DNA of 64,000 bases, taken from assembly GCA_963714935.1 (NCBI GenBank), contig CAVQQA010000005.1, positions 28,289 through 92,288 on the forward strand, given 5' to 3'. This stretch comes from an uncultured Actinomycetes bacterium (GTDB lineage Bacteria; Actinomycetota; Thermoleophilia; Solirubrobacterales; Solirubrobacteraceae). Under the pieces are notes generated by a model. The model made no database searches, was not told the DNA's origin, and saw nothing but the letters and a program-made list of their open reading frames with translations. This document shows, in pieces, positions 16,204 to 31,583 of the stretch. Every line of letters starts with the position of its first letter. Position 1 is the first letter of the stretch. The translations under genes were made by a program, and so were the position numbers.

Positions 16204-17181
16204 TCAGCGCGCGGGAGTTGTCGTCAGGGCATCGGCGACGATCGCCTCGGCGGTTGCCTCGACCGCCTCCGGCTCCAGCACGATGCGGTGCGCGAGAACA
16301 GCGCCGGCGAGCGCCGCACGTCGTCCGGAAGCACGTGGTCGCGGCCCTCGATCAGCGCCCGCGCCTTCGCCGCGCGCAGCAGCAGCAGTCCCGCTCGCGG
16401 GCTCGCGCCGAGCTCGACGCGCCTGTCCTCGCGTGTGCGTACGAGCAGCGCGACGACGTACGCGCGCAGCGCATCCGACGACGTGGACGCGGCGCACGGC
16501 CTCCTGTGCCTCGAGCACCTCCGCGGCGCTCGCGACGGGCTCGAGCGCCGGCGACGCGGTCGACGGGCTCGTTGGCGCCGAGCATGTCGGCCTCGGCTGC
16601 GGCGTCCGGGTAGCCGAGCGACATGCGGATCATGAAGCGGTCCACCTGCGCCTCCGGCAGCGGGTACGTACCCTCGAACTCGATCGGGTTCTGCGTCGCG
16701 AGCACGATGAACGGTCGCGCGATCTCGTGGGTCTGGACGTCGACGGTGACGCTCCGCTCCTGCATGCACTCGAGCAGACCGGACTGTGTCTTCGGGCGAT
16801 GCGCGGTTGATCTCGTCGACGAGGACGACGTTCGCGAAGATCGGGCCGGGCCGGAACTCGAAGCTCTCGGCGACGCGATTGAAGACGTTCGTGCCGACGA
16901 CGTCGGCGGGCAGCAGATCGGCGGTGCACTGCACGCGCGCGAACTCGAGGTCGAGCGAGCGCGCGACGGCGCGCGCAAGCGTGGTCTTTCCGACGCCCGG
17001 GCAGATCCTCGATCAGGATGTGTCCCTCGGCGAGCAGCGCCACGATGACGTCCTCGACCACTTCGGGCCTGACCTCGACGGCGTCGATCGGATCGCCGCC
17101 GTGACTCGGCGTCCGAGATCCTGTGCGGCGGCGACCTGAGCAGCCGCGAGCGGCTTCGGCGGGGTCGCCGTGAACCGTCAC
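16204..17181 (-). CDS. moxR: MoxR-type AAA+ ATPase, at least 7 frame breaks
   Basis: Pieces across three frames: [97 protein letters not shown] and [31 protein letters not shown]. The GTG start overlaps the coaBC stop (GTGA). Confidence 0.85.
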
Positions 17182-18436
17182 GGCGCGCGTGTCCCCCGGC
17201 GCTCGCGGACCTGACCGACGACGTCGAGGATCCCGCGGGCGATCTCCGCCTTGCTCGCGCGCGGGACGTGGTGCTCGGCGCCCGCGGTGACGATCGTCAC
17301 CTCGTTGTCGAGCGCGTCGAAACCGATGCCCTCGCCGCAGACGTCGTTCACGACGATCGCGTCAAGGCCCTTCGCGCGCAGCTTGTCGCGTCCGTAGGCG
17401 AGCGCACCGTCTCCGTGCTCGGCAGCGAAGCCCACCACGGTCTGGTCCGACCTGCGCCGCGCGGCCAGCGAGCGGAGCACGTCCGCCGTCGGCTCGAGGT
17501 CGATCGTCAGGTGTTCGCGGCCGGCCTTCTTCAGCTTGCCCGGCCAGGCGCCTCGGGACGGAAGTCGGCCACGGCGGCCGCCATCAGCAGCACGTCGCAC
17601 GACGTCGAACTCGCGCTCGCAGGCGGCGGCCAGCTCGGCGGCGGTGCTGACGTCGACGTACCGCACGCGCGGATGCCGCGAGCAGCGCGACGTTGGCGGC
17701 GATCACGGTGACCGTCGCCCCGAGCGCGGCCGCCTCGTCGGCGAGCGCGAAGCCCATACGCCCGGACGAGCGGTTGCCGACGAAGCGCACGGCGTCGATC
17801 GGTTCGCGCGTGCCGCCGGCGGTCACCAGCACGCGCAGCCCGTCGAGCGGGCGCCCACCCGACGGCACGAGCGCCTCGACCGCAGCAAGCAGCGTCGGCC
17901 GGTTCGGCGAGCCGGCCGGCGCCCCACTCGTGCGGCCGGCGAGCGCACCGACCTCCGGGTCGATCATCGTCACGCCGCGCTCGCGCAGCGTGGCCATGTT
18001 GGCCCGGGTGGCGGCGTGCTCCCACATGTGGTGGTTCATCGCCGGGGCCACGATCACAGCGGGCAGGTCGCAGCGAGGGCCGCGCTCGTGAGCAGGTTGT
18101 CGGCGATCCCCGTGCGCGAGCTTGGCGATCGTGTTGGCCGTCGCGGGCGCGATCAGGAGAACGTCGGCGTTGCGGACCAGCTCGAGGTGGCTGAGCGGCT
18201 CGTGATCCGGCGGCGGCTGGTCGGGGAAGGCGCCGCGCGCGGGATCACGCTCCCATTCGCTGACGAGCACGGGCGCGCCGCTGAGCGCGGCGAACGAAGG
18301 CGCGCCGACGAATCGCTGGGAGTCCGGCGTCTGGACGACGCGGACGACGTGCCCGGCCTTCGTCGCCAGGCGCACCACGCTCGAGCGCCTTGTAGGCGGC
18401 GATGCCGCCGCTGACGCCGAGAAGGATGCGGGCCAT
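17178..18436 (-). CDS. coaBC: bifunctional phosphopantothenoylcysteine decarboxylase / phosphopantothenate-cysteine ligase, several frame breaks
   Basis: [75 protein letters not shown] and the C-terminal ligase part in ORF 17178-17666. Confidence 0.9.
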
Positions 18437-18475
18437 CGCGCGCTCTCCCTGCGCCGCCGGTCGCCGCCTGCCCGC

Positions 18476-18705
18476 CTACCGGTAGTGGTAGGCGATCTTG
18501 CCCCCCGCGACCTCCTCGAGGGCGATCGTCAGGTAGTTCTTGCGAGCGCGGTGTCGACCATCGGCGGCGGGAACTCGTCGAACGTCCCCTCACCGAGGTT
18601 GTGGTAGTAGCTGTTGATCTGGCGTGCGCGCTTGGCGGCGACGAGCACGGCTGCGTAGTTCGAGTCGACGCGCTCGAGCAGCGTGTCGATGCGGGGCTGG
18701 ATCAT
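18476..18705 (-). CDS. rpoZ: DNA-directed RNA polymerase subunit omega, one frame break (length 230 nt)
   Basis: My translation: [61 protein letters not shown]. The ATG overlaps the gmk stop (ATGA). Confidence 0.8.
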
Positions 18706-19299
18706 GACGTCGAGTCTACCGTCCCGCCGATCGCGCGCCGCACGATGTCCCGCAGCTCCCGCACGGCGTCCTCGAGGCGGTCGTTGACGACGACGTGGGC
18801 GAACTCGTGCTGGGCGGCGAGCTCACTCCTCGGCTACGCGCAGGCGCCGATCGACGACCTCGGCCGGGTCGGTGCCGCGGCCGATCAGCCGCTCGCGCAG
18901 CGCCTCGACTGACGGCGGTGCGACGAAGACCAGCAGCGCCCCGGGCACGGCCTCGCGGATCTGGCGCGCGCCCTGCACCTCGATCTCGAGCACGACGGGC
19001 TCCCCGGCGGCGGCCCGGCCCTCCAGCTCCGACGCTCAGCGTGCCGTAGCGACGGCCCGCGTACTCGGCGTGCTCGACGAACGCGCCCTCCTCCGACAGC
19101 CGAGTCGAACTCGCTCGTCGCTGAGGAAGTGGTAGTCGACCCCGTCGACCTCCCCCGGGCGCGGCGCTGCGCGTCGTCGCGGAGACGCTCAGACCGAGCT
19201 GCGGCAGCTCGCTCGCGCAGCAGCCGGATCAACGTTCCCTTGCCGACGCCCGATGGGCCCGGTGATGACGACGACGCGCGACACCGCGCGCGGAACCAT
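18702..19299 (-). CDS. gmk: guanylate kinase, several frame breaks
   Basis: The P-loop GP(+1 nt)[14 protein letters not shown] is read across a shift near 19255. Also [14 protein letters not shown] and LIGRGTD. The position between mIHF and rpoZ is canonical. Confidence 0.85.
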
Positions 19300-19350
19300 A
19301 CGACCCGCCGCGGCGACCCGAAAGCGACGTCCGCGGCGCCGACGGCCGCG

Positions 19351-19633
19351 TCAGCGGGAGCGGGAGCGCAGGAGCTCCACGATCTCGGTCCGCTGGCGCT
19401 CGGACAGCCCGCCGACCGTCTTGCTGGGCGAGATCCGGCAGTGCTGCAGGACCTTGTTCGCCTTCACGCGTCCGTACTTCGGCATCGCCAGCAGCAGTCG
19501 ACGACCTTTGCCGTCTCGAGGAACTCCGGGGGCTCCAGAAGCAGTCGATCGATCGTCCCACACCGGCCCTCAGGTCGCGCTTGAGCTGCGCCCGCCGGGT
19601 GCGGATCTCGTTGGCGCGCTGGAGCGCGTCCAT
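19351..19633 (-). CDS. mihF: actinobacterial-type integration host factor (mIHF-like), about 2 frame breaks; start uncertain (19633, 19717 or 19744)
   Basis: MDALQRANEIRTRRAQLKRDLRAG / TIDRLLLEPPEFLETAKVVD / LLAMPKYGRVKANKVLQHCRISPSKTVGGLSERQRTEIVELL are spread over three frames. The mIHF-gmk-rpoZ-coaBC synteny is typical of Actinomycetota. Confidence 0.65.
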
Positions 19634-19791
19634 CCTCTGGAGGTGCGACCGCTCTGGTGCTGCCGGTGCTTGGCGTGCGTCGATGTCGGTGGCGCGACGG
19701 CACTGGGCGGCGAGCATACAGATTCGCTCGGTGCGCGAAGGCAAGATCCGCGCCTAATTCGCATGGACCTCCGTCTGAGGTCCAGCGTTCT

Positions 19792-20747
19792 TCACCGTGC
19801 TTGACGGTTTCCCGCCGATTTCCAGCGGTTTTCGTGGCTTGCGAAGTCCGCTGCGAATTCAGCCGTCGCAGAATGCCGCTGTTTGCGGCGAGTTCCGCGA
19901 GCTCGCTGCGCACACGCCGGGCCGCGAGCGGGTCGCGGAAGTTCTCCGTCCCGACCGCGACCAGCCGTGCGCCCGCGTCGAGGAGATCTGACGGGCATGC
20001 CGACCGCATGTGACCCCGCCCATGCCGACGATCGGGAGCGCCACCCGCTGCGCGACGGCCGCGACCTGCGCAAGCGCGACCGCGCGCACCGCCGGACCCG
20101 AGAGCCCGCCGGTCCCGCCGCCGAGCCAGGGCCTCCCGGGCGGTCGCGGGATGGGGCGCGTAGGCGCGCAGCGTGTTGATCAGCGAGACGGCGTCGGCAC
20201 CCGAATCCTCCGCGGCCTGCGCGACGCCGGCGACATCCGCGGTGTTCGGCGTCAGCTTCACGATCAGCGGCTTGGCGGTACGCGGGCGAACCTCCGTCAC
20301 CAGGCGCGCGAGTTCCTGCGGCGATGCGCCGATGTCGAGCCCGGTGCTGACGTTGGGGCACGAGACGTTCAGCTCGATGGCGGCGACCTCGTCGCACCGG
20401 CCGATGGCCTCGACGAGCTCGATCACCTGCGCGACGGTTGACCCCATCACGTTCGTGATCAGCGGCACCGGCAGCCGGGCCAGGTGCGGCAGGTCGTGCT
20501 CCAGGTAACCGGCGACCCCCCGATTGGGAAGGCCGATCGAGTTGATCATCCCCCCCGGGGTTTCGAACAACCGTGGTGGCGGGTTGCCGTCGCGCGGCTC
20601 GAGCGTGATCGTCTTGGACACGAACGCCGAGAACGGGAACGCCTCGAGCAGCGCCTCACCGAACACGCGCTCGGCGGCGATCGCGTCGAACGTCCCCGAT
20701 CCGTTGATCAGCTCGTGCTCCAGCTCGAGGCCGCAGAAGGCGATCAA
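19792..20747 (-). CDS. pyrD: dihydroorotate dehydrogenase, class 1B catalytic subunit; frame breaks in the 3' third, and the 3' end is uncertain (19792 or 19859)
   Basis: The TTG start overlaps the pyrK stop (TTGA). Motifs: IAFCGLELEHELINGSGTF, GMINSIGLPN, IELNVSCPN, PLIVKLTPN, LPIVGMGGV and LVAVGTENFRDP. Confidence 0.8.
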
Positions 20748-21547
20748 TGCCCCGCCCCCGCGACCAGGCACGTGTCGAGCTGTTGCGCGTCTATGACCGG
20801 GCCGTCGACGCAGACCCGCAGGTAACCGCCGCCGCGGACGGGGACCACGCAGCCGAAGCACGCCCCGAAACCGCATGCCATGCCGCTCTCGAGGGCGAGC
20901 TGGGCCGGGACACCCCGCTCCGCACAGATGGCCCGGACGCTCTCGAGCATCGGCGGCGGGCCGCAGGCGTACACGACGACGTGGTCGTCATCGTCGAGCG
21001 CCGTGGTGAGCAGGTCGGTGACGAGGCCCGCGTGGCCGACGGACCCGTCGTCGGTCGCCACCAGCGGGTCGTGCAGCAGATCAGCGCCGCCGGCGTGGTC
21101 CGCGTCGCGGAACCCCAACAGCGCGGGCGCCTCGAGATCCTGGGCCCGCAACGTGTCCTGGAGGATCGCAAGCGGCGCCGTCCCGACGCCGCCACCGCAC
21201 AGCAGCGCGCCTCTCCCCTGGTCGGGCGGCCGGAAGCCCTGGCCCAGCGGTCCGACGACCCAGAGACCGTCGCCGGCAACGAGTTCGCACAGGCGCCCGG
21301 TGCCCGGCCCGACGTCCTCGAGCAGGAACTCGAGACCCCCGGGGCCGGTCCGCGCGACGGAGAACGCGCGCGGCAGGAACGGGCGCTCGTCCTCGCCCCC
21401 GCCCCAGCGATCGGCCGCTGTGAGCATGTAGAACTGGCCCGGCTGGGGTACGGGGCCGTCCGGGTCCGGCACCGCGAGGACGACGTAGGAACCGTGCTCG
21501 CGCCGCGCGGCGAGCGTGAGCAGGCGACGCCCGAGCGGGGCCTTCAC
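20744..21547 (-). CDS. pyrK: dihydroorotate dehydrogenase electron-transfer subunit (FAD / 2Fe-2S)
   Basis: GTG at 21547 gives an intact 267 aa. Motifs: RPFLPRAFSV, LLCGGGVGTAPL and C-terminal CGFGACFGCVV..VCVDGPV (the 2Fe-2S cysteines). Confidence 0.85.
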   Translation of the reverse strand: MKAPLGRRLLTLAARREHGSYVVLAVPDPDGPVPQPGQFYMLTAADRWGGGEDERPFLPRAFSVARTGPGGLEFLLEDVGPGTGRLCELVAGDGLWVVGPLGQGFRPPDQGRGALLCGGGVGTAPLAILQDTLRAQDLEAPALLGFRDADHAGGADLLHDPLVATDDGSVGHAGLVTDLLTTALDDDDHVVVYACGPPPMLESVRAICAERGVPAQLALESGMACGFGACFGCVVPVRGGGYLRVCVDGPVIDAQQLDTCLVAGAGH

Positions 21548-21561
21548 CCGCCCGCCTGACC

Positions 21562-24685
<3,124 letters not shown>

Positions 24686-25841
24686 TCAGGCTGGGCTGCC
24701 GATCTGCTCCAGGAAGCGGTCGAAGAGATAGAGGCGAGTCGTTGGGGCCGGGACCGGCCTCGGGGTGGTACTGGACGGTGCCGCCCGGCGACGTCGAGCA
24801 GCGTCAGCCCCTCGACCGTGCGGTCGTAGAGGTTCACGTGGCGTGAGCTCCGCGGCACCGAAGTCGGTCTCCCAGCGCACCGGCTCGTCACGCTCGACGC
24901 GGAGCCCGCCGTCCGGCGCGCAGACCGCGAAGCCGTGGTTCTGCGAGGTGATCTCGATCCGCCCGGTGCGCAGGTCCTTGACCGGGTGGTTGCCGCCGCG
25001 ATGGCCGAAGGGCAGCTTGAACGTCTCGAGCCCGACGGCCCGGCAGAGCAGCTGGTGGCCGAGGCAGATGCCGAACATCGGGGCGCTTGCCGACCAGCTG
25101 CGCGCACGGTCTCGACGACGTAGTCCGAGCGCGGCGGGGTCGCCGGGCCCGTTGGCCGAGGAAGATGGCATCGGGAGTCCGTGCCAGCAGCGTCCTCGGC
25201 CGATGCCGTGCACGGGTGCAGGTCGACGCGCGCGCCCGCGCGCGGTCGAGGTTGCGCACGATCGAGAGCTTGATCCCGGTGTCGAGCGCGGCGATCAGCG
25301 GACCGCTGTTGTCCGCGCCGTGACGCGACGACCGCGCCGGGCGTGACCTCGCGCGCCAGGTCCCGGCCGGTCATCGGCGGCTCGCCGAGAAGCCGCTCGC
25401 AGCGCCTTCGGCTGCGGGCACGCCGGCGGCGAACAGCCCGCCGCGCATCGCGCCCGCGCTGCGGATGTGGCGCACCAGCGCGCGCGTGTCGACACCGCTG
25501 ATCGCCGGGCACGCCGCAGTCGCGCAGCCAGTCGAGCCAGCCGCGCTCGGCGCGTCGGCGCGTCCTCGTGGTTGATCGGCGGCGCGCATCACGACGCGCG
25601 CGCGCGTGGATCGCGTCGGACTCCATCGCCTCGGCGCTGACGCCGTAGTTGCCGATGTGCGGATAGGTGAACGTGATCATCTGGCCGGCGAACGACGGGT
25701 CGGTCACCGACTCCTGGTAGCCGCTCATGCCGGTGGTGAAGACGACCTCGCCGAGAGCCGTCGGCCGTCGGCGCCGCAGAGCTCGCCGTCGAAGCGCGTG
25801 CCGTCCTCCAGCAGCACGTATCCGGGCCGGGCATCGGTCAT
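24686..25841 (-). CDS. carA: carbamoyl-phosphate synthase small (glutaminase) subunit, several frame breaks
   Basis: [47 protein letters not shown] and [10 protein letters not shown] (catalytic Cys). The stop directly abuts the carB ATG, and the ATG overlaps the upstream stop (ATGA). Confidence 0.9.
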
Positions 25842-26386
25842 CTGATCAGCTCCTGGATCGCCTTGAACTCAGGGGTGCCCGCCTCGCCGAGCAGCTCGAA
25901 CAGCGCCACCTCGACACTCGAGCCGATCGCGCCGGCCTGCTCGATGCGGCGCAGCCCGGCCTCGCGGTCGGTCGCCGCGCGCGAGGCGACCGCGTCTGCG
26001 CGCGACATGGACCTCGACGCCCTGCGGCGAGCAGGTCGAGCACGGTCTGGGCTGACGCAGACGTGCGCCTCGATGCCGCAGACGAGCGCCTGATCGCGCG
26101 AGCCGAGGTCGAAACCGTCCGAGCGCGCGGCCGAGAACGTGGTCTTGGCGAGCCGAGGCACGCCCGTCCAGGTGCGCCGAGCACCTCGTCGACGGTGTCC
26201 CCGAGCCCTCGCGGGTACTGCTCGGTGACGACGATCGGCATGCCGAGCGATGCGCGCGCCCTGCACCAGCATCGCGGCGCGCCGGGCGACCTCGTCGAAC
26301 CCGGGGATCGCGCTTGCGGAACGCCTCCTGGACGTCGATCGACGACGAGCGCAGCTCGCCGGCGGTCCAGCAGGTCGCCGCGTCAT
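25838..26386 (-). CDS. isochorismatase-family (cysteine hydrolase) protein embedded in the pyr operon, several frame breaks
   Basis: Fragments: [70 protein letters not shown] and the C-terminus [24 protein letters not shown] overlaps occur at both ends. Confidence 0.6.
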   Translation of the reverse strand: MTRRPAGPPASCARRRSTSRRRSASAIPGFDEVARRAAMLVQGARIARHADRRHRAVPARARGHRRRGARRTWTGVPRLAKTTFSAARSDGFDLGSRDQALVCGIEAHVCVSPDRARPARRRASRSMSRADAVASRAATDREAGLRRIEQAGAIGSSVEVALFELLGEAGTPEFKAIQELIR

Positions 26387-27777
26387 GCGCCGCTCGAGCT
26401 CCCGGATCCGGCGCCGCGCTGACCGCGAACGCACGCTCGCGGTAGGCGACGGCGCCCGCGGCGATCGGTCAGCAGCACGCGCCCGCGCAGCTCGCGGCCG
26501 GCGAAGCAGCAGTTCTCCGACCGGCTCTCGTAGCCGTCCTCGCCGACGACCCACGCGGCGTCGAGGTCGACGAGGCAGAGGTTCGCCGGCTCGTCCGACG
26601 GCGATCCGCGGCGTCGGCAGGTCGAACAGCGACGCGCCGCCGGTCAGCCGCTCCACGAGCAGCGCCGAGGTCGAGCGTCCCCGGCAGCACCAGCTCGGTG
26701 TAGAGCGCGGCGAACGCCGTCTCCAGGCCGGTCGTTCCCATCGGCGCCTGCTCGAACGGGCACCTCCTTCTCGTCGCGCGCGTGCGGCGCGTGGTCGGTG
26801 GCGACGCAGTCGATGACGCCGCGAGCGAGGCCCGTCGATCAGGGCCTGGCGGTCGTCCTCGGTGCGCAGCGGCGGGTTCATCTTCATGCTCGTGTCGAGC
26901 GTGCGGACCGCCTCGTCCGTCAGGCACAGGTGGTGCGGGCTGGCCTCGCAGGTGACGCGGTACCCGCGCGCCTTGCGCGAGCGCGACGGCCTCGACCGAC
27001 GACAGCGCAGCTGAGGTGCTGCATGTGCACCGCGCCGCCTTCGTAGCCGGCGATCTCGGCGTCGCGCGCGACCATCGTGGACTCGCTGATGCTCGGGATC
27101 CCCGCGACGCCGAGCAGCGCGCTGAGGTCCGCCCTCGTGCATGACGCCGCCGCCGCGACAGCGCCGGGTCCTCCTCGTGCAGGGCGAGCACGCCGCCGCA
27201 GAGCCGCTGGTACTGCAGCGCCCGGCGCAGCATGCCGGCGCCGACGCACCGGGCTTGCCGTCGTCGGTGAAGCCGAGCGCGCCCGCGTCGCGCAGCGCCG
27301 GCCATCTCGGTCAGCTCCTGACCGTCGCAGGCCGCGGGTGATCGCGGCCAGGAAGCCGACCGGGATGCGCGCCTCGCGCGCAGCGGCCGCGTCGCGCAGC
27401 GAGCGCAGCAGCGGCGCGGAGTCCACGACCGGGTCGGTGTTCGGCATCGCGAGCGACCGGCAGAAGCCGCCGGCGGCGGCGGCGCGCGTGCCGGTCTCCA
27501 GGTCCTCCTTGTGCTCCTGGCCGGGCGTGCGCAGGTGCACGTGCGGGTCGACGAAGGCCGGGAACAGGAGCGCCCGGTCGCCGTCGACGACCTCGTGCGC
27601 CGTCGGGCGCCTCGAGCGTCCCGGGCGCGCCGATCTCGGCGATCCGCCGTCGCGGACGAGCACGTCGAGCGCGCGCGTCGATGCCGGCGCGCGGGTCGAG
27701 CACGTGCGCGCCGCGGATCGAGCACGTCCGCCGGCGGCGCCGGCGGCGCGGACGAGCGGATCGTGCAGCAGCTCGCG

Positions 27778-27781
<4 letters not shown>
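26383..27781 (-). CDS. pyrC: dihydroorotase, many frame breaks; 3' end inferred from an ATGA overlap
   Basis: [42 protein letters not shown] (metal-binding HxH), HMQHLS, ASPHHL and MNPPLR pieces across frames. Confidence 0.85.
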
Positions 27782-29270
<1,489 letters not shown>

Positions 29271-29275
29271 CGTTG

Positions 29276-29308
29276 CCCTTCCTGGCCTCTCGGGACCGGG
29301 TTAAAGGG
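29276..29308 (-). promoter_or_regulatory. candidate PyrR-binding RNA hairpin enclosing the pyrR ribosome-binding site
   Basis: The minus strand reads CCCUUUAACCCGGUCCCGAGAGGCCAGGAAGGG-caacg-UUG. GGUCCCGAGAGGCC matches the conserved UCCNGAGAGGC core of PyrR binding loops. The outer CCCUU/AAGGG pairing buries GGAAGGG. Confidence 0.5.
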
Positions 29309-30263
29309 ATCGGACGTCTGTCTCGCGGAGCCTAGCACCGCGATCCCACGGCACCAGGCGCGGCGGCCCCTTCTCGGGAAGCGGTACGTCGACCGAGTCG
29401 AAGTCGCGCGGTACGACGACACGGTCGAAGACGGCCGCCGCCTCGTCGCGCACCTGGCTCGGCGCGTAGCGCATCGAGACGTGAGTGATCGCGAGCAGCC
29501 CGACGCCCGCGTCCCGTCCGATCTCGGCGGCCTGCGCCGCCGTGCTGTGCCCGGTCTCCAGGGCGCGCTGCGCCTCCTCCTCCGTGAACGTCGCCTCGTG
29601 CACGAGCAGGTCCGCCCCGTCGGCGGCGGCCCGCACCATGTCGCACGGCGCGGTGTCGCCGGAGAGCACGACGCGCCGCCCCGGGCGAGCGGGACCGAGG
29701 ACCTGGTCGGGGGTGACGTTGCCGACAGGCTCGCCACGCTGAAGCAGCCCGAAGTCCGGGCCCTCGCTGATGCCGAGCTCGCGCGCCAGATCCGCGTCAA
29801 GCCGGCCGGGACGGTCGTGCTCGACGACCGCATAGCCGAACGCAGTGCCCCGGTGGCGCACGTTGAAGGCCTGGACCTCGTAGCCGTCGAACTCGATCGC
29901 GTCGCCCGCGCTGAGATCCGTGATCGTGAGCGGGTAGCGGGTACGTCCGAACACCCCGCGCAGCGACTCGAGCAGCCGCGTCGTCCCCGGCGGGCCGAAC
30001 ACGTCGAGCGCCGGCTCGCGGTCACGCAGGTCGAAGGACTTCAGCATCCCCGGCAGCCCGAGCCAGTGGTCGGCGTGATGATGGGTCAGGAAGACGGCGT
30101 GGAGATCCGGCAGGCCGACGCTGCGAATCAGCTGACGCTGCGTGCCCTCGCCGCAGTCGAAGAGCAGGCGGTCGCCGCCGCGGCGCAGCAGCGTGGCCGG
30201 CAGGCCCCGGCGCGCCGACGGCACCGAGCCTCCCGTACCCGCGAACACGAGGTCGAGGTCCAT
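29301..30263 (-). CDS. rnz: ribonuclease Z (MBL-fold tRNA 3' endonuclease)
   Basis: ATG at 30263 (MDLDLVFAGTGGSVPS), intact 320 aa. Motifs: LLFDCGEGTQRQL, FLTHHHADH and GDTAP..LLVHEATF..GHST. Confidence 0.85.
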   Translation of the reverse strand: MDLDLVFAGTGGSVPSARRGLPATLLRRGGDRLLFDCGEGTQRQLIRSVGLPDLHAVFLTHHHADHWLGLPGMLKSFDLRDREPALDVFGPPGTTRLLESLRGVFGRTRYPLTITDLSAGDAIEFDGYEVQAFNVRHRGTAFGYAVVEHDRPGRLDADLARELGISEGPDFGLLQRGEPVGNVTPDQVLGPARPGRRVVLSGDTAPCDMVRAAADGADLLVHEATFTEEEAQRALETGHSTAAQAAEIGRDAGVGLLAITHVSMRYAPSQVRDEAAAVFDRVVVPRDFDSVDVPLPEKGPPRLVPWDRGARLRETDVRSL

Positions 30264-30363
30264 CAGCCGCGAATCTAGTGGGTACGGCGCGTCATGGAGT
30301 GCGGGCCGCAGCGCGACGGCTACGCTTCCGCGACGGGCGGGCTTCCCTGCCACCCGCCCACGC

Positions 30364-30436
<73 letters not shown>

Positions 30437-30441
30437 CTTCG

Positions 30442-31152
30442 CTATCGCCCGTGGCCGTCGGGCGATGCTCCCGCGAGCGGGTCAATTGCGCAGGCGCAAC
30501 CCTCGCCGCGCCAGGCCTCCAGACCCTCCTGGACGGCGACGGCGGCGATGACGAGCCCGACGACTGCGTCCAGCCACCACGCGCCGAACAGGGCGTTGCC
30601 GAGCAGGCCGACGAGCAGCGCGGCGGCGAGGTAGGCGCACAGCATGTTCTGACGGCCCTCCCCCTTCGTCGCGGCCGAGCCGATCTGGTCGGCGATGCGC
30701 TGCTTGGCGATGCCGAGGTAAGGCATCACCACGACACTCGAGGCGCTGAGCGCGATCCCCAGCCAACTCACCTCTGGGTGCTCGCCCCCGGCGAGCGCCT
30801 TCGCGGACTCGAATCCGACGTACGGGGCGAGGATGAAGAACTGGATGGCGACTAGTTTCTGGGCGGCGTGCTCGGCGGCCTGGGAGAACACCCGCGCGCC
30901 GCTGAAGCGCCAGACGATGACGCCGCTGGCGAACCCTTCGATGGCCGAGTCGATGCCGAAGCCGATCAGCGCGATCGAGCCCGCCGCCACACCGGCCAGG
31001 ATCGCGATGCCGCCTTCCAGGGCCATATACGCGAGGCTCGCCCAGGAGAGCAGCTTCGCGCGGCCCGCCAGACGGCGGTAGGTCTCCCGGTCGATGCGAG
31101 CTGTGGATGCGGTCAGTGCGTGTGGCAGACCGGTCGCGGCGGGCGTGCTCAT
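30442..31152 (-). CDS. cation-efflux (CDF-like) membrane protein with a Cys-rich tail
   Basis: Intact 236-aa ORF with multiple TM helices (SLAYMALEGGIAILAG..GFGIDSAIE) and the tail GEGCACAIDP. A 4-nt overlap links it to the upstream ArsR gene. Confidence 0.7.
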   Translation of the reverse strand: MSTPAATGLPHALTASTARIDRETYRRLAGRAKLLSWASLAYMALEGGIAILAGVAAGSIALIGFGIDSAIEGFASGVIVWRFSGARVFSQAAEHAAQKLVAIQFFILAPYVGFESAKALAGGEHPEVSWLGIALSASSVVVMPYLGIAKQRIADQIGSAATKGEGRQNMLCAYLAAALLVGLLGNALFGAWWLDAVVGLVIAAVAVQEGLEAWRGEGCACAIDPLAGASPDGHGR

Positions 31153-31505
31153 GGGACCGGTTGCGCGTCCGGGCGCACGACCGCGAGCAGGGCGCGCCCC
31201 GCTGCGGTGACGGCGTACATGACCATCTTGCCCTCGCGCCGGCTGGAGACCAGGCCCGCTCCACGAAGCGTGCGCAGGTGATGCGAAACGAGATTTTCGG
31301 GGCGCTCAGCGACCCACGCGAGATCGCAGACGCAAAGCTCGTCCGTGTCGGCAAGCGCGGACGCGAGCGTCAGGCGCGTGGGGTCGCCCAGCGCCTTCGC
31401 ACGGTCGGCCAGCACGCGGGCAGCGTCATCTCCGAGCCTGCCGGCCCGCAGGGCTTCGGCCTTCGGAAGGTCGAGGCACAGGAGGTCGCAGCGATCTTCA
31501 TTCAC
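31149..31505 (-). CDS. ArsR/SmtB-family metal-responsive repressor (start GTG 31505; alternative TTG 31529)
   Basis: LGDPTRLTLASALADTDELCVCDLAWVAERPENLVSHHLRTLRGAGLV has the canonical ELCVCDL metal site and a wHTH. Confidence 0.85.
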   Translation of the reverse strand: MNEDRCDLLCLDLPKAEALRAGRLGDDAARVLADRAKALGDPTRLTLASALADTDELCVCDLAWVAERPENLVSHHLRTLRGAGLVSSRREGKMVMYAVTAAGRALLAVVRPDAQPVP

Positions 31506-31524
31506 GAGCCGATCATAGCCACGC

Positions 31525-31540
31525 CTCAACGTCTGTTGAG
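31525..31540. promoter_or_regulatory. perfect 6-4-6 inverted repeat, candidate ArsR operator
   Basis: CTCAAC-gtct-GTTGAG lies 20 nt upstream of the GTG start of the ArsR gene, in the divergent intergenic region. Confidence 0.3.
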
Positions 31541-31583
31541 ACGACAGGTCACGGCCGTCTGATGCGACCGGTAGAAGAACGGG

